Position numbers and translations under genes: made by a program. A stretch of 64,000 nt of DNA, taken from an uncultured delta proteobacterium (GTDB lineage Bacteria; Desulfobacterota; Desulfobacteria; Desulfobacterales; JAHEIW01). Each line of letters starts with the position of its first letter. Positions within the stretch are counted from its first letter, which is position 1. Below are positions 36,850 through 46,339 of the stretch, in pieces. The stretch is from assembly GCA_963706575.1 (NCBI GenBank), contig CAVPNL010000022.1, positions 1 through 64,000 on the forward strand, read 5' to 3'. Under the pieces are notes generated by a model. That model had not been told where the DNA came from. It did not search any database and saw only the letters and a program-made list of their open reading frames with translations.

Positions 36850-36950
36850 GGCATAGCGCAAAGAGCAAAGCGCATAGGGCAAATCCGTTTGAATATAAAG
36901 AGCGAAATTCAATTTTTTCCGTTCTGCTCTATGCGCCATGCGCTATGCTA
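36850..36950. repeat. Family B inverted heptamer element, copy 2
   Basis: ggcatagcgcaaagagcaaagcgcatagggcaaa ... tgctctatgcgccatgcgctatgc. Confidence 0.85.
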
Positions 36951-37018
36951 ATGGGTATGCCTCATTCATCAAAATTTAGGCAGCTTGCATCCGAACTTTT
37001 TACAAAGTCGCAAACTAA

Positions 37019-37498
37019 TTACTTAACCGATATGACGGTTCCGTTGGTGATCGTTTTGAGATCTTCGGGGGTTAACTTAAAAACAGCGTGAGGTGTGCCG
37101 GCGGCGGCCCAGATTTCTTCATACTGCATCAGATCCTCATCGATAAAAATTTTCAGCGCATGACGGTGGCCGACAGGAGGGACCCCACCAATGGCAAAAC
37201 CGGTCATCTCACGCACAAATTCAGGATTGGCCATTTTTATGGATTCAGCCAGCTTTTGCCCGATGGTCTTTTCATTGACGCGATTGGCACCACTGGTAAC
37301 GACCAGAACGGGCTGGTGGGACTGCTTACCTTCAAAAATAAGCGATTTTACGATTTGACCGACTTCACAGCCGACCGCCCGGGAGGCATCTTCTGCGCTT
37401 CGCGTGGTGTCCTGCATCTGGACGACTTCACACGTCAGGCCGTAGCTTTGCAGTGCTTCCTGAACTCTTAGAGCGCTGGATTTTAGCTTCTCACTCAT
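37019..37498 (-). CDS. YbaK/EbsC family aminoacyl-tRNA editing domain protein
   Basis: 'GQIVKSL', 'TGFAIGGVPPVGH', 'IWAAAGTPH'; SD AGGAGG before ATG 37498. Confidence 0.92.
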   Translation of the reverse strand: MSEKLKSSALRVQEALQSYGLTCEVVQMQDTTRSAEDASRAVGCEVGQIVKSLIFEGKQSHQPVLVVTSGANRVNEKTIGQKLAESIKMANPEFVREMTGFAIGGVPPVGHRHALKIFIDEDLMQYEEIWAAAGTPHAVFKLTPEDLKTITNGTVISVK

Positions 37499-37785
37499 TT
37501 TCCCTCCTTTTAGAATTATAAAACACCATGGCATTTGTATCTTCATCTGACAAGTTTTTATTGCACACTAGATGTTTAATAAATTTATGAACGCTTATCA
37601 TTTCTGAGAAAATATCGAATTAGGCCCAATAATGGAAAATAATAATAATTATTTTAAATCCAGTTAGTTAGAATGAATTTAGTGGTCTGAACCATATCCT
37701 GCCCTAAAATATTTTTCTTGACTAAATAATAAATACTAATTATATAGTCATATTATAAATAAATAATATTCAGAGGAATGACGCT

Positions 37786-38415
37786 ATGGGAATCCAGGAA
37801 AGGAAAGAAAGAGAAAAGGAAAGGCGACGGCAGCAGATAATGGTCGCCGCCAAAAGGGTTTTTTCCGATAGAGGCTTTAATAAAGCCACAATGGAGGACA
37901 TCGCTCAGGAAGCCGAACTTAGTCCGGGTACTCTTTACCTTTATTTCAAGAATAAAGAAGAACTTTACGCCTCTCTATCTTTGCGGATACTCCAGTACCT
38001 TTTAATCAGGGTTGAACATGTTAATGAAGAAAAAGACGCCGGGCCCGAGGAAAAGTTAAAGTCCCTGGTGGATGCGATGTACGATGTTTACGAATTTGAC
38101 CCCTTAATTATCATTAACATGTTTCATCTCCAATCCAGTGAAACCCTCAAGAATTTATCGCCGCAACTGATGGAAGAAATTAAAGTGCTGTCGCGCAAAT
38201 CACTCGGCTCCATTGCCCTGATATTCAAAGAAGGCGTGGATAAGGGGATTTTTATCGACCAGCACCCCACGGCTCTGGCGGATACGTTTTGGGCACTGTT
38301 TTCAGGAGTTGTTTTATGGCTGACCAGCAAAAAGATTATCGATCAGAGAAAGGATTATCTCAAACAGACCCTGGATGTCGCCTTTGAAATATTCCGCCGC
38401 GGCCTAAATAAATAA
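37786..38415 (+). CDS. TetR/AcrR family transcriptional regulator
   Basis: 'GFNKATMEDIAQEAELSPGTLYLYFKNKEEL'. Confidence 0.95.
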   Translation: MGIQERKEREKERRRQQIMVAAKRVFSDRGFNKATMEDIAQEAELSPGTLYLYFKNKEELYASLSLRILQYLLIRVEHVNEEKDAGPEEKLKSLVDAMYDVYEFDPLIIINMFHLQSSETLKNLSPQLMEEIKVLSRKSLGSIALIFKEGVDKGIFIDQHPTALADTFWALFSGVVLWLTSKKIIDQRKDYLKQTLDVAFEIFRRGLNK

Positions 38416-39864
38416 TTTCGTAATTTCATCCACCTCAAAAGCGGGCCAGGGCACCTGCTTTTTTCCTTTGTAGGCCCTGATTCCCTTCCCCCTGCCCATG
38501 ACTTCACCGATGAGGTTGACTTCAACGCCGGCAGCACCAATATCTTTCATCAGTTTTTTACAATCTTCGCTGCGGCAGCATATCAAGAGGCTGCCGGAAC
38601 CGATTAATCCCAGGGGGTTGATATCCAATAAGGCACATATTTTCCGGGTTTCCGGAAAAACCGAAATGCTGTCGGTGTCGATCCTGATGGAATGGCCACC
38701 CGCAGCGCTCAACTCTTCAAGCGCTGTTGCCAGCCCGCCTTCGGTAATATCATGCATGGCGCTGGTGCCCGCGGTTGCAGCGGCGATTTTTGCTTCGGTT
38801 ATAATGCTGATGTTATCCAAAAATTGGCGGCAACGATTAATTTCGCCGGCAGTCAGGCCTAATTTTTTAAGGCGAACGCCAAATTCTCTGGCAATAATGG
38901 CCGTTCCCTCTACCGCCACCCCTTTGGTTAACAGCACCCGGTCCCCTTTTTCCAAACGGCGTTTATCAATCAGGTCACACCGGGCAACCGTTCCGGTCAT
39001 CATGCCCGCAACAATCGGCCGGTTAACGGCATCTGTGATTTCGGTGTGTCCGCCACATAAGGTAATGCCCCATTGCCGGCAAAAACTTTTGAGTTCTTCG
39101 AACACATGTTGAATTTGCGACGGCGTTGTACCGCCGGGGAAAAACAGGGTGGTTAAAAGCCACCGGGGGATCGCACCGGAGGTGGCAATGTCATTGGCAT
39201 TTACCAGCACCGCATATTGCCCGATGGAATCGGTGGCAAAGGTAATCGGATCGGCCTTAAGAACCAGTACTTCGTGGGATTCAATATCGACAGCTGCGAT
39301 ATCCTCTCCTACGCCGGGATTGATTAAAACCGAAGGGTCATCGAAGACAAACTGATTCAAAAAATCATGCAACAGCCGGTTGGGCAATTTGCCCGGTGGA
39401 AGCGGGACTCCCATGCGGACAATATCTTTTATCTCGGCAATATTTTCGACCTCAAAGTCGCCGGCGGAGGCTTTCAGGTCGGCACTCTGTCCAGGGCGCA
39501 TCCATACAGTTATGGCGCCAATTCGCTGAACGGCGCGGATCTCGGACGTATATGGCGATATGAACAGAATATTGTCTGCCGCTACGTTCATCTTTTGGGC
39601 TGCACGATGAACCAGATCCGCATCTGCTTTTTGTTTCATGATGTCAGGCCGGCTGATGATGACATCCATCTCATCTTCATTGACAAATCCACAATTGCTT
39701 AAATCCTGCCGAACGGTGTTTATGTCCGAGCGGCTGATAATTCCCCGCCGCAGATCTTTTGAAATCAAGTACTGACTGGTGGTCAGCAAAGCAGCCGTCG
39801 GTTCAAGGCGAAAAAGAACGGCTTTGATATGAATGGGTCGGTTTTTCATATTGCGTGTTTCCAT
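38404..39864 (-). CDS. AIR synthase-related (HypE/PurM-like) protein with a degenerate N-terminal HAD-like region
   Basis: 'GKLP', 'PGVGED', 'DPITFAT', 'VNANDIATSGA', 'GGHTEIT', 'MHDITEGG'. Confidence 0.82.
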   Translation of the reverse strand: METRNMKNRPIHIKAVLFRLEPTAALLTTSQYLISKDLRRGIISRSDINTVRQDLSNCGFVNEDEMDVIISRPDIMKQKADADLVHRAAQKMNVAADNILFISPYTSEIRAVQRIGAITVWMRPGQSADLKASAGDFEVENIAEIKDIVRMGVPLPPGKLPNRLLHDFLNQFVFDDPSVLINPGVGEDIAAVDIESHEVLVLKADPITFATDSIGQYAVLVNANDIATSGAIPRWLLTTLFFPGGTTPSQIQHVFEELKSFCRQWGITLCGGHTEITDAVNRPIVAGMMTGTVARCDLIDKRRLEKGDRVLLTKGVAVEGTAIIAREFGVRLKKLGLTAGEINRCRQFLDNISIITEAKIAAATAGTSAMHDITEGGLATALEELSAAGGHSIRIDTDSISVFPETRKICALLDINPLGLIGSGSLLICCRSEDCKKLMKDIGAAGVEVNLIGEVMGRGKGIRAYKGKKQVPWPAFEVDEITKLFI

Positions 39865-40098
39865 GACAGAAAGCATTTAAAAAGTCAAACCCCGCATTTG
39901 CCATGCATTGCGGAGACGGATACGGCGGGTTTGATGCCCGGTCGCATGCTTTGATGATTTTTGGTTTCTCATTTTTTAGTCCATTTTCAGGAAATTGACT
40001 ATGACATTATCGGGGAAGGGAATATACGTTTTTAAATCTGGCCAATTGCCGCAGTGACGGGAAAATAAATGAAATTAAACAAATTAATGGCCTTGAAT

Positions 40099-40143
40099 AA
40101 AAAAACTCCCCGACTCCTGATCGAATTGAAGGGTCGGGGAGTT
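40099..40143 (-). terminator. Intrinsic terminator downstream of the lipoprotein gene
   Basis: aaaaaaactccccgac...gtcggggagtt stem with an A-tract. Confidence 0.7.
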
Positions 40144-40177
40144 CCTTCGATATGAAGAAAACGTCACGATTTATGAA

Positions 40178-41827
40178 TTATTTTGCGATTTTAAAATTGA
40201 TCGGCTTTTTTAAGATCGGCTGAATGGTCATTTGTCCGATAATTTCGGTTTGCTCGGGATTATCAACTCCCCACCAGTTATTAGCCGCTTTAACGCCGTT
40301 GGCTGAGCTGACCACTTTTATGGCCCAGTTGCCGTTGTTCAATATATTGTTTTGTTCGATTTGAGCTTTTGATTTCTCTAAAATAAAACCACCGGAGCCG
40401 TTTTCCGTGATGACCGAGTCTTTTACCAGAAGATGCGCTTTGCGGGCAGCGATGCCGATTTTGTCCGATGTTCGAACCAGACTGTTATAAATTTCAGTTT
40501 TTCCCTCGTCAATCACGATGCCCCAGACATTATCTTGAAATATGCAATTTTGCAGATTAACCGTCGAGGCGGACGATCTGATACCAAATTCAGCATTGGA
40601 AATCTGGCAGTACTGCAACTGGTTTGCGGTTTGGCTTTTGTCAAAAAAGATCCCCTTCCAATTGTTCGATCCTAAACTGGCGAAGCGCACCGGCTGAGCT
40701 TCTGTGCCGTTAATCTGGAGCTCGCCTTTAACAATTAACCCAAGCTTGCGAAACCAGATAACGGTACCGGGTTGTACCGTGAGCCTGGCCCCGGGCAAAA
40801 CCACCAGCGCGCCCTCGACAAGATAAGGGCTTCTGGCGGCATTCAGGACTGTATTTTTAGAAATTTTTGCAGGCAGCACTGTCGGCTCGCCAATTTTAAC
40901 AGGCCCTAAGGTATCTACCCACTGGCTTCCGGCCCCGGTATCGGACCGCAGATACCCGATGACGCGTCCATTGGGTAAGCGGTCTTTATTCCGGATGCGA
41001 TAAGCGCCGATGTAGACTCCGGGTTCTTTTTCCTTTAACGGAAGATTTTCCACCAGCGGGGGAATGCTCCAGCTGGCGGTCTGGCTTTTTTCGCCGATCA
41101 TGGCGATTTTCAATAAATCTCCGGGTTGCAGCAGTTTGCCCCCCGCGTTGTGAACCAGCGCGATAATCCGGGGTGGCGGCTCAGTCACCGCCTCAGGGTT
41201 GGGGATCGTCGCCACCATCTGCATGCATAGTTCGGCGGCTGCCTGGAGGTGAGTCGCCTTTTGATGGCTGATGGCGGTCTTTACAATCGTTGCCGCCAGC
41301 CCGGTGAGGCTCAATGGCACACTGCCTTCCTGGATGCGGATATTGTGTTCGAGCTCCCAGATGACCTGCTCGTTGTCGCAGCGCACCATTTTCGCCTTGA
41401 GTCCGGCCGCATTATCGGAATACACCAGGGCGTAGGTTTTGCCTAAACTGAGAACCTCTCCGTATATGACCGCGTCAACACCCAGCAATTGTCCTAAACG
41501 CGCTGCGGAAATCGCTTCTCCCGATAAGATGGGCTGATATAGCTCATTTCTCTTCAGGTTGTCGTCGATCACAAAGGGTTCCAGGTCAAGGTAATTTAAG
41601 GAACCAAAAAAGTTGTAAAACATCTTGCGGACCACACTGCCAGCTTCGGGGTTGGATGTTTGGTTGACAAAGGGCACAATCGCTACTTTGTGCGGGAGCC
41701 GTTCTTCTTCCAGTACAGTCGGTTCCGGTTCGGGGAGCAGCATATTTTTAAGCGCGCAGGAATTCAGGCCCAGTGCTAAACAGAGAATTGTCAAAACGCT
41801 AATCGCTGTGTTTTTCATTTTTTTCAA
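40178..41827 (-). CDS. Lipoprotein: DUF799/GNA1162-like domain plus C-terminal right-handed beta-helix
   Basis: Lipobox 'LGLNSC'; 'KVAIVPFVN...LGQLLGVDAVIYGEV'; 'SPYLVEG..V..GARLTVQPGT', Asn-ladder repeats, 'ANNWWG'. Confidence 0.72.
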   Translation of the reverse strand: MKKMKNTAISVLTILCLALGLNSCALKNMLLPEPEPTVLEEERLPHKVAIVPFVNQTSNPEAGSVVRKMFYNFFGSLNYLDLEPFVIDDNLKRNELYQPILSGEAISAARLGQLLGVDAVIYGEVLSLGKTYALVYSDNAAGLKAKMVRCDNEQVIWELEHNIRIQEGSVPLSLTGLAATIVKTAISHQKATHLQAAAELCMQMVATIPNPEAVTEPPPRIIALVHNAGGKLLQPGDLLKIAMIGEKSQTASWSIPPLVENLPLKEKEPGVYIGAYRIRNKDRLPNGRVIGYLRSDTGAGSQWVDTLGPVKIGEPTVLPAKISKNTVLNAARSPYLVEGALVVLPGARLTVQPGTVIWFRKLGLIVKGELQINGTEAQPVRFASLGSNNWKGIFFDKSQTANQLQYCQISNAEFGIRSSASTVNLQNCIFQDNVWGIVIDEGKTEIYNSLVRTSDKIGIAARKAHLLVKDSVITENGSGGFILEKSKAQIEQNNILNNGNWAIKVVSSANGVKAANNWWGVDNPEQTEIIGQMTIQPILKKPINFKIAK

Positions 41828-41923
41828 TTTTCGTGCTTTCGTGATAGATTTATTTGTTTCCCTACAAGTGGTTTCCCTTGGGGGGCACTTCTATTCATGG
41901 TTGATGAGTGTCCACGATAGGGG

Positions 41924-43618
41924 TTACCACGGGGAGTCGGAACTCTTTTCACCCTCTTGCTCTTCAAACAGATATTTCATGATCCAGGAGCTTTCGGTTC
42001 CGGTCTCTTCCAGCAGCCGCTGAACCTCTTCGCGCTTCTGATTGTCTTCCTCTTGCGCAATTCTGTTTTTGCGGCGACTGGATTTTGTTTTTCCTTTTCG
42101 GGCTGACGCCATTTTTTGGCGACAGGCACTTATTTTTGCTTTAATTTCAGGGGACTCAGGATCGATGATCGCGTAGCGTTCAAAATATGAAAGTGCCTTT
42201 GGCCAGTCTCCCTTTTTATAATAGCCGTCTCCATGTTCTCGGTAAAATGTTTTGATTTGTTCAATGCGCTGAAGTGCCAGTTCATGCTTGGGGTTCAGTG
42301 AAAGAACAGCCTGATATGCTGCAAAGGCATTTTTATTGACCGGTGTCAGGTAGCGTTTGGCGAGAAAGTGGGTCTCCGCTTCTTTAAGCAGCTGGGCGAC
42401 GTTTTGTTTCTGGTGTGTTTTTTTCTGATAGGCCAGCCAGATGCGGCGAATGGCTTTCTGGGCCTCTTCGAAATACAAACTGTCTTCCCGTATCGACGAA
42501 TATTCCCTGAGGGCAGATTGATGCTGATTTATCGACTCCAGCTGTTCGCCAAGCGTTAAGCGATAAAAATCCAGACGGTCCCAGAGCGCTGCTGCTTCTT
42601 TGCCGTGGCCGTATTCCGCCAGATAGTTTTTTAAAAACACCTTGGCCTCGTCTACATTTCCTTTTTCAGCTTTCTGCTGGGTGATGGCCAGGGTGATTTG
42701 AGCCAGCATTTCCCTCGCTGTTTGGGCATTTTCAGAGGAAATATCGGCTAACAACAGCTGCTTGAGCGTATCTCTGGCAGGCAGGTAATCTCCCAGTTCG
42801 ATCTGGTCGGCAACCTCGGCCAGCTTCTGGCGGGTCTCCCACGGCGTGTAGGCATGCACATAGAGCAAGTAGCATGTAAAAATAAAAATCAATAGGGCCG
42901 CCAGCCAGACCCCGCGGTTGGAACGCGTGTGTTTGGTAATGATTTTTTGGGTCGCCTGGCGGGTGTCGGCCTTCTCATCCGAAATAAAAGTGATCGAAAA
43001 TGTACCCATTTGGAGTTTATCCCCCGAAAACAGACGCTGTTCGGATACATTCCGCTCATTTAAATAAAGCGGATTGGTGGTGCTGATATTTCTGGCAAAA
43101 AAGCCGTTGTCACGCTTTTCAATAACGCAGTGCTTACGTGAAATCGACGGGTGCATCAACTTCAAAGCGGCTTCATTCGATCTGCCAATGATGAGCTTTT
43201 TCAGCTTGAGGGGGATGATTTTGCTTTTGCCGGTAGAGGTGGTGCACACCAATCGAGGCCCCAGCGATTCCTCGCTGCGGGAATCGAGCACCATCGTTTT
43301 ATCCTCCATTGGCGTTTGCTGGGATGGCTGCTGATCTTTATTTTCCGTCTGAATGACATATTTGGATTTGCCCAGTGCCAGCTCGTCCCCGTTATTTATA
43401 AATTGTTCCCCGATGGGATTGCCGTTTACGGAAATTGGATTGGATCCCAGGTTTTTGATAAAATAGCGGCTGTTTTTTGTGCTGACCTTGGCCTGAATAT
43501 CTGAAATCTTAGGATCCCCGATGACGATTTCACACTGCTTCGATTTTCCGACCAGAAAACTTTGTTTCGGGGTTTCAAAATGATTTTGAGGGTTCGATTT
43601 TTGAATTAATTTAAACAT
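41924..43618 (-). CDS. Two-FHA-domain, single-TM, TPR-containing protein
   Basis: FHA motifs 'VGK...ISDIQA...NLGSNP' and 'IGRS...SISRKH...ISTTN'; TM 'GVWLAALLIFIFTCYLLYV'; helical TPR-like C-terminus. Confidence 0.82.
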   Translation of the reverse strand: MFKLIQKSNPQNHFETPKQSFLVGKSKQCEIVIGDPKISDIQAKVSTKNSRYFIKNLGSNPISVNGNPIGEQFINNGDELALGKSKYVIQTENKDQQPSQQTPMEDKTMVLDSRSEESLGPRLVCTTSTGKSKIIPLKLKKLIIGRSNEAALKLMHPSISRKHCVIEKRDNGFFARNISTTNPLYLNERNVSEQRLFSGDKLQMGTFSITFISDEKADTRQATQKIITKHTRSNRGVWLAALLIFIFTCYLLYVHAYTPWETRQKLAEVADQIELGDYLPARDTLKQLLLADISSENAQTAREMLAQITLAITQQKAEKGNVDEAKVFLKNYLAEYGHGKEAAALWDRLDFYRLTLGEQLESINQHQSALREYSSIREDSLYFEEAQKAIRRIWLAYQKKTHQKQNVAQLLKEAETHFLAKRYLTPVNKNAFAAYQAVLSLNPKHELALQRIEQIKTFYREHGDGYYKKGDWPKALSYFERYAIIDPESPEIKAKISACRQKMASARKGKTKSSRRKNRIAQEEDNQKREEVQRLLEETGTESSWIMKYLFEEQEGEKSSDSPW

Positions 43619-43713
43619 GCGCCTTTCCGTTTTCGAGCGATTCTCCTGGGTCCAAATCGCACATAAGGGGGATTCGGGTGAATATTATGCTGCGCCATTT
43701 AGGTATATGTTTT

Positions 43714-43740
43714 TTATCGGCATTTTTTAGAAAGGCTTTA
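43714..43740 (-). promoter_or_regulatory. Sigma28 (FliA) promoter for the FHA-TPR/lipoprotein operon
   Basis: Minus strand TAAA-gcctttctaaaaaat(15 nt)-GCCGATAA, a perfect consensus match. Confidence 0.8.
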
Positions 43741-43829
43741 ATCCCGATCCGGCATTTTTTAAATGAATTCATTTTGTTTTCTGCCGAGGATTAAATCGTT
43801 TGGATCGACCCACCCGTGAAGCCCTGTTT

Positions 43830-43947
43830 TGTCACAGAATTTGACAATATTTGTCAGAACCGCCTCGGGATTAAAGGTCCGGATATCTATAACCATTTGA
43901 AATGTTTGTATTTTTAAATTCTGTTGTTTTGGGCCTGTTTATTGCAT
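43830..43947 (+). promoter_or_regulatory. Putative sigma54 promoter with upstream activator palindrome and IHF-like site
   Basis: GG(43932-33)-N10-GC(43944-45) in gGGCCTGTTTATTGCA; TGTCA-N7-TGACA at 43830-43846; TAACCATTTGAAAT near 43890. Confidence 0.6.
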
Positions 43948-43986
43948 CTTCGGGAAGCGGAACTAGCGTTAAAAACAAAATAAAAT

Positions 43987-44084
43987 TGCTTTTGAAAACG
44001 CCAAACCCCGAGTAATCGGGAGACGGAAAGCCACGGGTCCCACAAATACTTTTTCAAGCGGGATCGCCGGGTTGCCAGAAGAGC
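43987..44084 (+). ncRNA. Cyclic-di-GMP-I (GEMM-I) riboswitch
   Basis: GCCAAACC-ccga[GTAA]tcgg-gaGACGGAAAGCCACGGGTCCC...GGGATCGCCGGGTTGCC matches the class I core (GNRA-capped P2, P3, GTTGCC). Confidence 0.9.
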
Positions 44085-44088
44085 TCTG

Positions 44089-44129
44089 AAAGCTGGGTTA
44101 CCGGGTATTGGTGGCGCAGCTTTTTTTTT
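44089..44129 (+). terminator. Riboswitch expression-platform intrinsic terminator
   Basis: aagctgggttacc-gggtatt-ggtggcgcagctt followed by T9. Confidence 0.8.
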
Positions 44130-44254
44130 GTAAAATTTGTATATTTTACTGGAATCTTTCTACATTTTTCATGGGGGGGTACCTCGTAGCAGAGTCGGCA
44201 CCAAGCGTTCGAGGTCCTGAGATCTGATTCGAATTGACAAAAGGGGGATATCCA

Positions 44255-45046
44255 TTGGTTGAGATAACCGGCAGGACAATATTGGGCAGGGGGAAAGGAA
44301 GATGGATTGCCGTTATAATCGGTCTTATCGTTTTATGCGGGTGCGGCGCCAAGCTTCCGTTTGTCAAAGATAGTGATGATACCGCCCAGCAAGTTATTCT
44401 CAGAAATCCTCCCAAATCCATTGCGATTCTGCCATTTGGCAATCATACCGACTCTGAGGACATCGATGAAATTGTACGTACGACATTTTACAGCCACCTG
44501 AGTGCACAACCCTATAAAGATATTGAACTGTATGAAGTTGATCGTAAACTCAAACGCGTTAATCTGCCGGAGTATGAAAAGTTCAGCAAGGTATCGGCGA
44601 AAAGGCTGGGCCGAATTCTGAGCTGCGATGCGGTGGTGGTCGGTGAAGTAACCGAATTTCAAAAAGTGTATGCGGGTCTCTATTCCCAGATGGCGGTGGG
44701 TGCATCGATTACGGTCTGGGATACCCGAACCGGTAAAAAAATCTGGTCCGATGAGCATGTCACCCGCAACCACGAAGGGGGAATCCCGCTGGCCCTTACC
44801 GATTTGGCGATGATCGGGATTCGGTCCGGAATGAACCTGACCGAAGAAGAGAAGATCAAAACGGTAGATGAATTGTCGCGGCATTTTACCAGCCGCATTC
44901 CGATTCCCGGTGTAAACGGCTATAATAACGGCTCCAAACTCGTCAGCCTCAAGCGGTTGACGAAATCGAAATATCAGATTTCCGAAAAACCAAAACTGAG
45001 AAGCTTGAAGGAACTCACAAAAGACCGGCCTCCCCGATACCGCTAA
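44255..45046 (+). CDS. DUF799/GNA1162-like lipoprotein, paralog of 40178-41827
   Basis: Lipobox 'VLCGC'; 'SIAILPFGN...LGRILSCDAVVVGEV'; probable TTG start after AGGGGGA. Confidence 0.72.
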   Translation: MVEITGRTILGRGKGRWIAVIIGLIVLCGCGAKLPFVKDSDDTAQQVILRNPPKSIAILPFGNHTDSEDIDEIVRTTFYSHLSAQPYKDIELYEVDRKLKRVNLPEYEKFSKVSAKRLGRILSCDAVVVGEVTEFQKVYAGLYSQMAVGASITVWDTRTGKKIWSDEHVTRNHEGGIPLALTDLAMIGIRSGMNLTEEEKIKTVDELSRHFTSRIPIPGVNGYNNGSKLVSLKRLTKSKYQISEKPKLRSLKELTKDRPPRYR

Positions 45047-45192
45047 GCGAAAGTGAGTTCTAATATCTCTCCGCATTTCCCATCGATTGCGCTTGCAATT
45101 GCACCTCAGCTTCTTTAAAAATACCATACGCCATTTTAAAAATAGGGTTCCCTTTCAAAAGCACCAAAATCACAGGCGTTTAAAGTTAAAAA

Positions 45193-45292
45193 ATTTCACC
45201 ACAAAGTCACAAAGTTCACGAAGGGTTCTAAACGATTTTTCGACCGCACCTTTTGCCCTTCTTTGTGTTCTTTGTGCCTTTGTGGTGAAAAA
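45193..45292. repeat. Family D inverted 9-mer element, copy 2 (CACAAAG arms)
   Basis: tttcaccacaaagtcacaaagttcacgaag ... ctttgtgttctttgtgcctttgtggtgaaa. Confidence 0.85.
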
Positions 45293-45314
45293 AATATAGG
45301 TCCAACCACTTAAG

Positions 45315-46121
45315 ATGAAAATTTTCCATAAACTGGAGGTCCAAATTCGTCAAATCCTGGACCGATTCTATGCCCGCTGGCCGCAAGCCATTCCCGGCAG
45401 AGATCGCCTGCAGCACTGCAAGATTATTTCGCATCGGGGAGATTACGATAATCGGAACATATTTGAAAATACCATAGCTGCCTTTGATCGGGCTAAAGGT
45501 CAGGGAATCTGGGGAATCGAGTTTGATTTGCGCTGGACCAAAGATCTGAATCCGGTTGCCATCCATGACGCCGATCTTCGCAGGGTGTTCGGTCTTGATT
45601 TTGGCATCCGTCAGATGACCCTGAAGGAACTAAAATCCCGCTGCCCCCTGGTCCCGTCGCTGGCTGAACTGATCCAAAGATACGGGGGAAAAATTCATCT
45701 GATGATCGAGATAAAAGCCGAGCCCTATCCGAACCCGGTTGGTCAAAACCGAATTCTAGCAGAACTGCTTGCCTCCTTGGAACCCGAAACAGATTATCAT
45801 CTCCTTACACTTACGCCGGCGATGTTTAACTTAATCGAGTGCGTTCCCAGATCCGCATTGCTTCCCGTAGCCCATTTTAATTTCCTGCGGCTAAGCAAAA
45901 TGGCCATAGAGCAAAATTACAGCGGGTTTGCCGGGCACTACGTTTTGCTGACGAGGGCCCGTCTGAAAAAGCATAGAAAATTGAAGCAGAAATTGGCGAC
46001 CGGTTATGTAAATTCCAAAAATTGTTTGTTTCGTGAGCTGAATCGGAATGTGGAATGGATATTTTCTGACAATGCGGTGGAACTACAAAAAGTTGTTAAT
46101 CGGTTGCTTGGAGATGAGTAG
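45315..46121 (+). CDS. Glycerophosphodiester phosphodiesterase family protein
   Basis: 'ISHRG', 'ENTIAAF', 'GIEFDLRWTKD...IHD', 'IEIK'. Confidence 0.9.
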   Translation: MKIFHKLEVQIRQILDRFYARWPQAIPGRDRLQHCKIISHRGDYDNRNIFENTIAAFDRAKGQGIWGIEFDLRWTKDLNPVAIHDADLRRVFGLDFGIRQMTLKELKSRCPLVPSLAELIQRYGGKIHLMIEIKAEPYPNPVGQNRILAELLASLEPETDYHLLTLTPAMFNLIECVPRSALLPVAHFNFLRLSKMAIEQNYSGFAGHYVLLTRARLKKHRKLKQKLATGYVNSKNCLFRELNRNVEWIFSDNAVELQKVVNRLLGDE

Positions 46122-46196
46122 GTTTCGGGTGTCCCCCCTTCGCCTTAAAGGCTACGGCGGGCAAGCAGGTGTCAGCCAAACGACAGTCGTTACATC

Positions 46197-46331
46197 TGTT
46201 TAATTGGTTTGATTGGTTTAATTCGTTCAATTGGTTCGGTTAGGCCAACCAATTCAACCAATGAAACAAATAAAACTAATCTAACAGATCCTTGTACCTT
46301 ATCCCTTGAATCCCTGAACCTTTGAACCTGA
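46197..46331. repeat. Family C composite element, copy 2 (inverted relative to copy 1)
   Basis: gtttaattggtttgattggtttaattcgttcaattggttcg ... aaccaatgaaacaaataaaactaatctaac ... cccttgaatccctgaacctttgaacct. Confidence 0.88.
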
Positions 46332-46339
46332 CGCACAAC

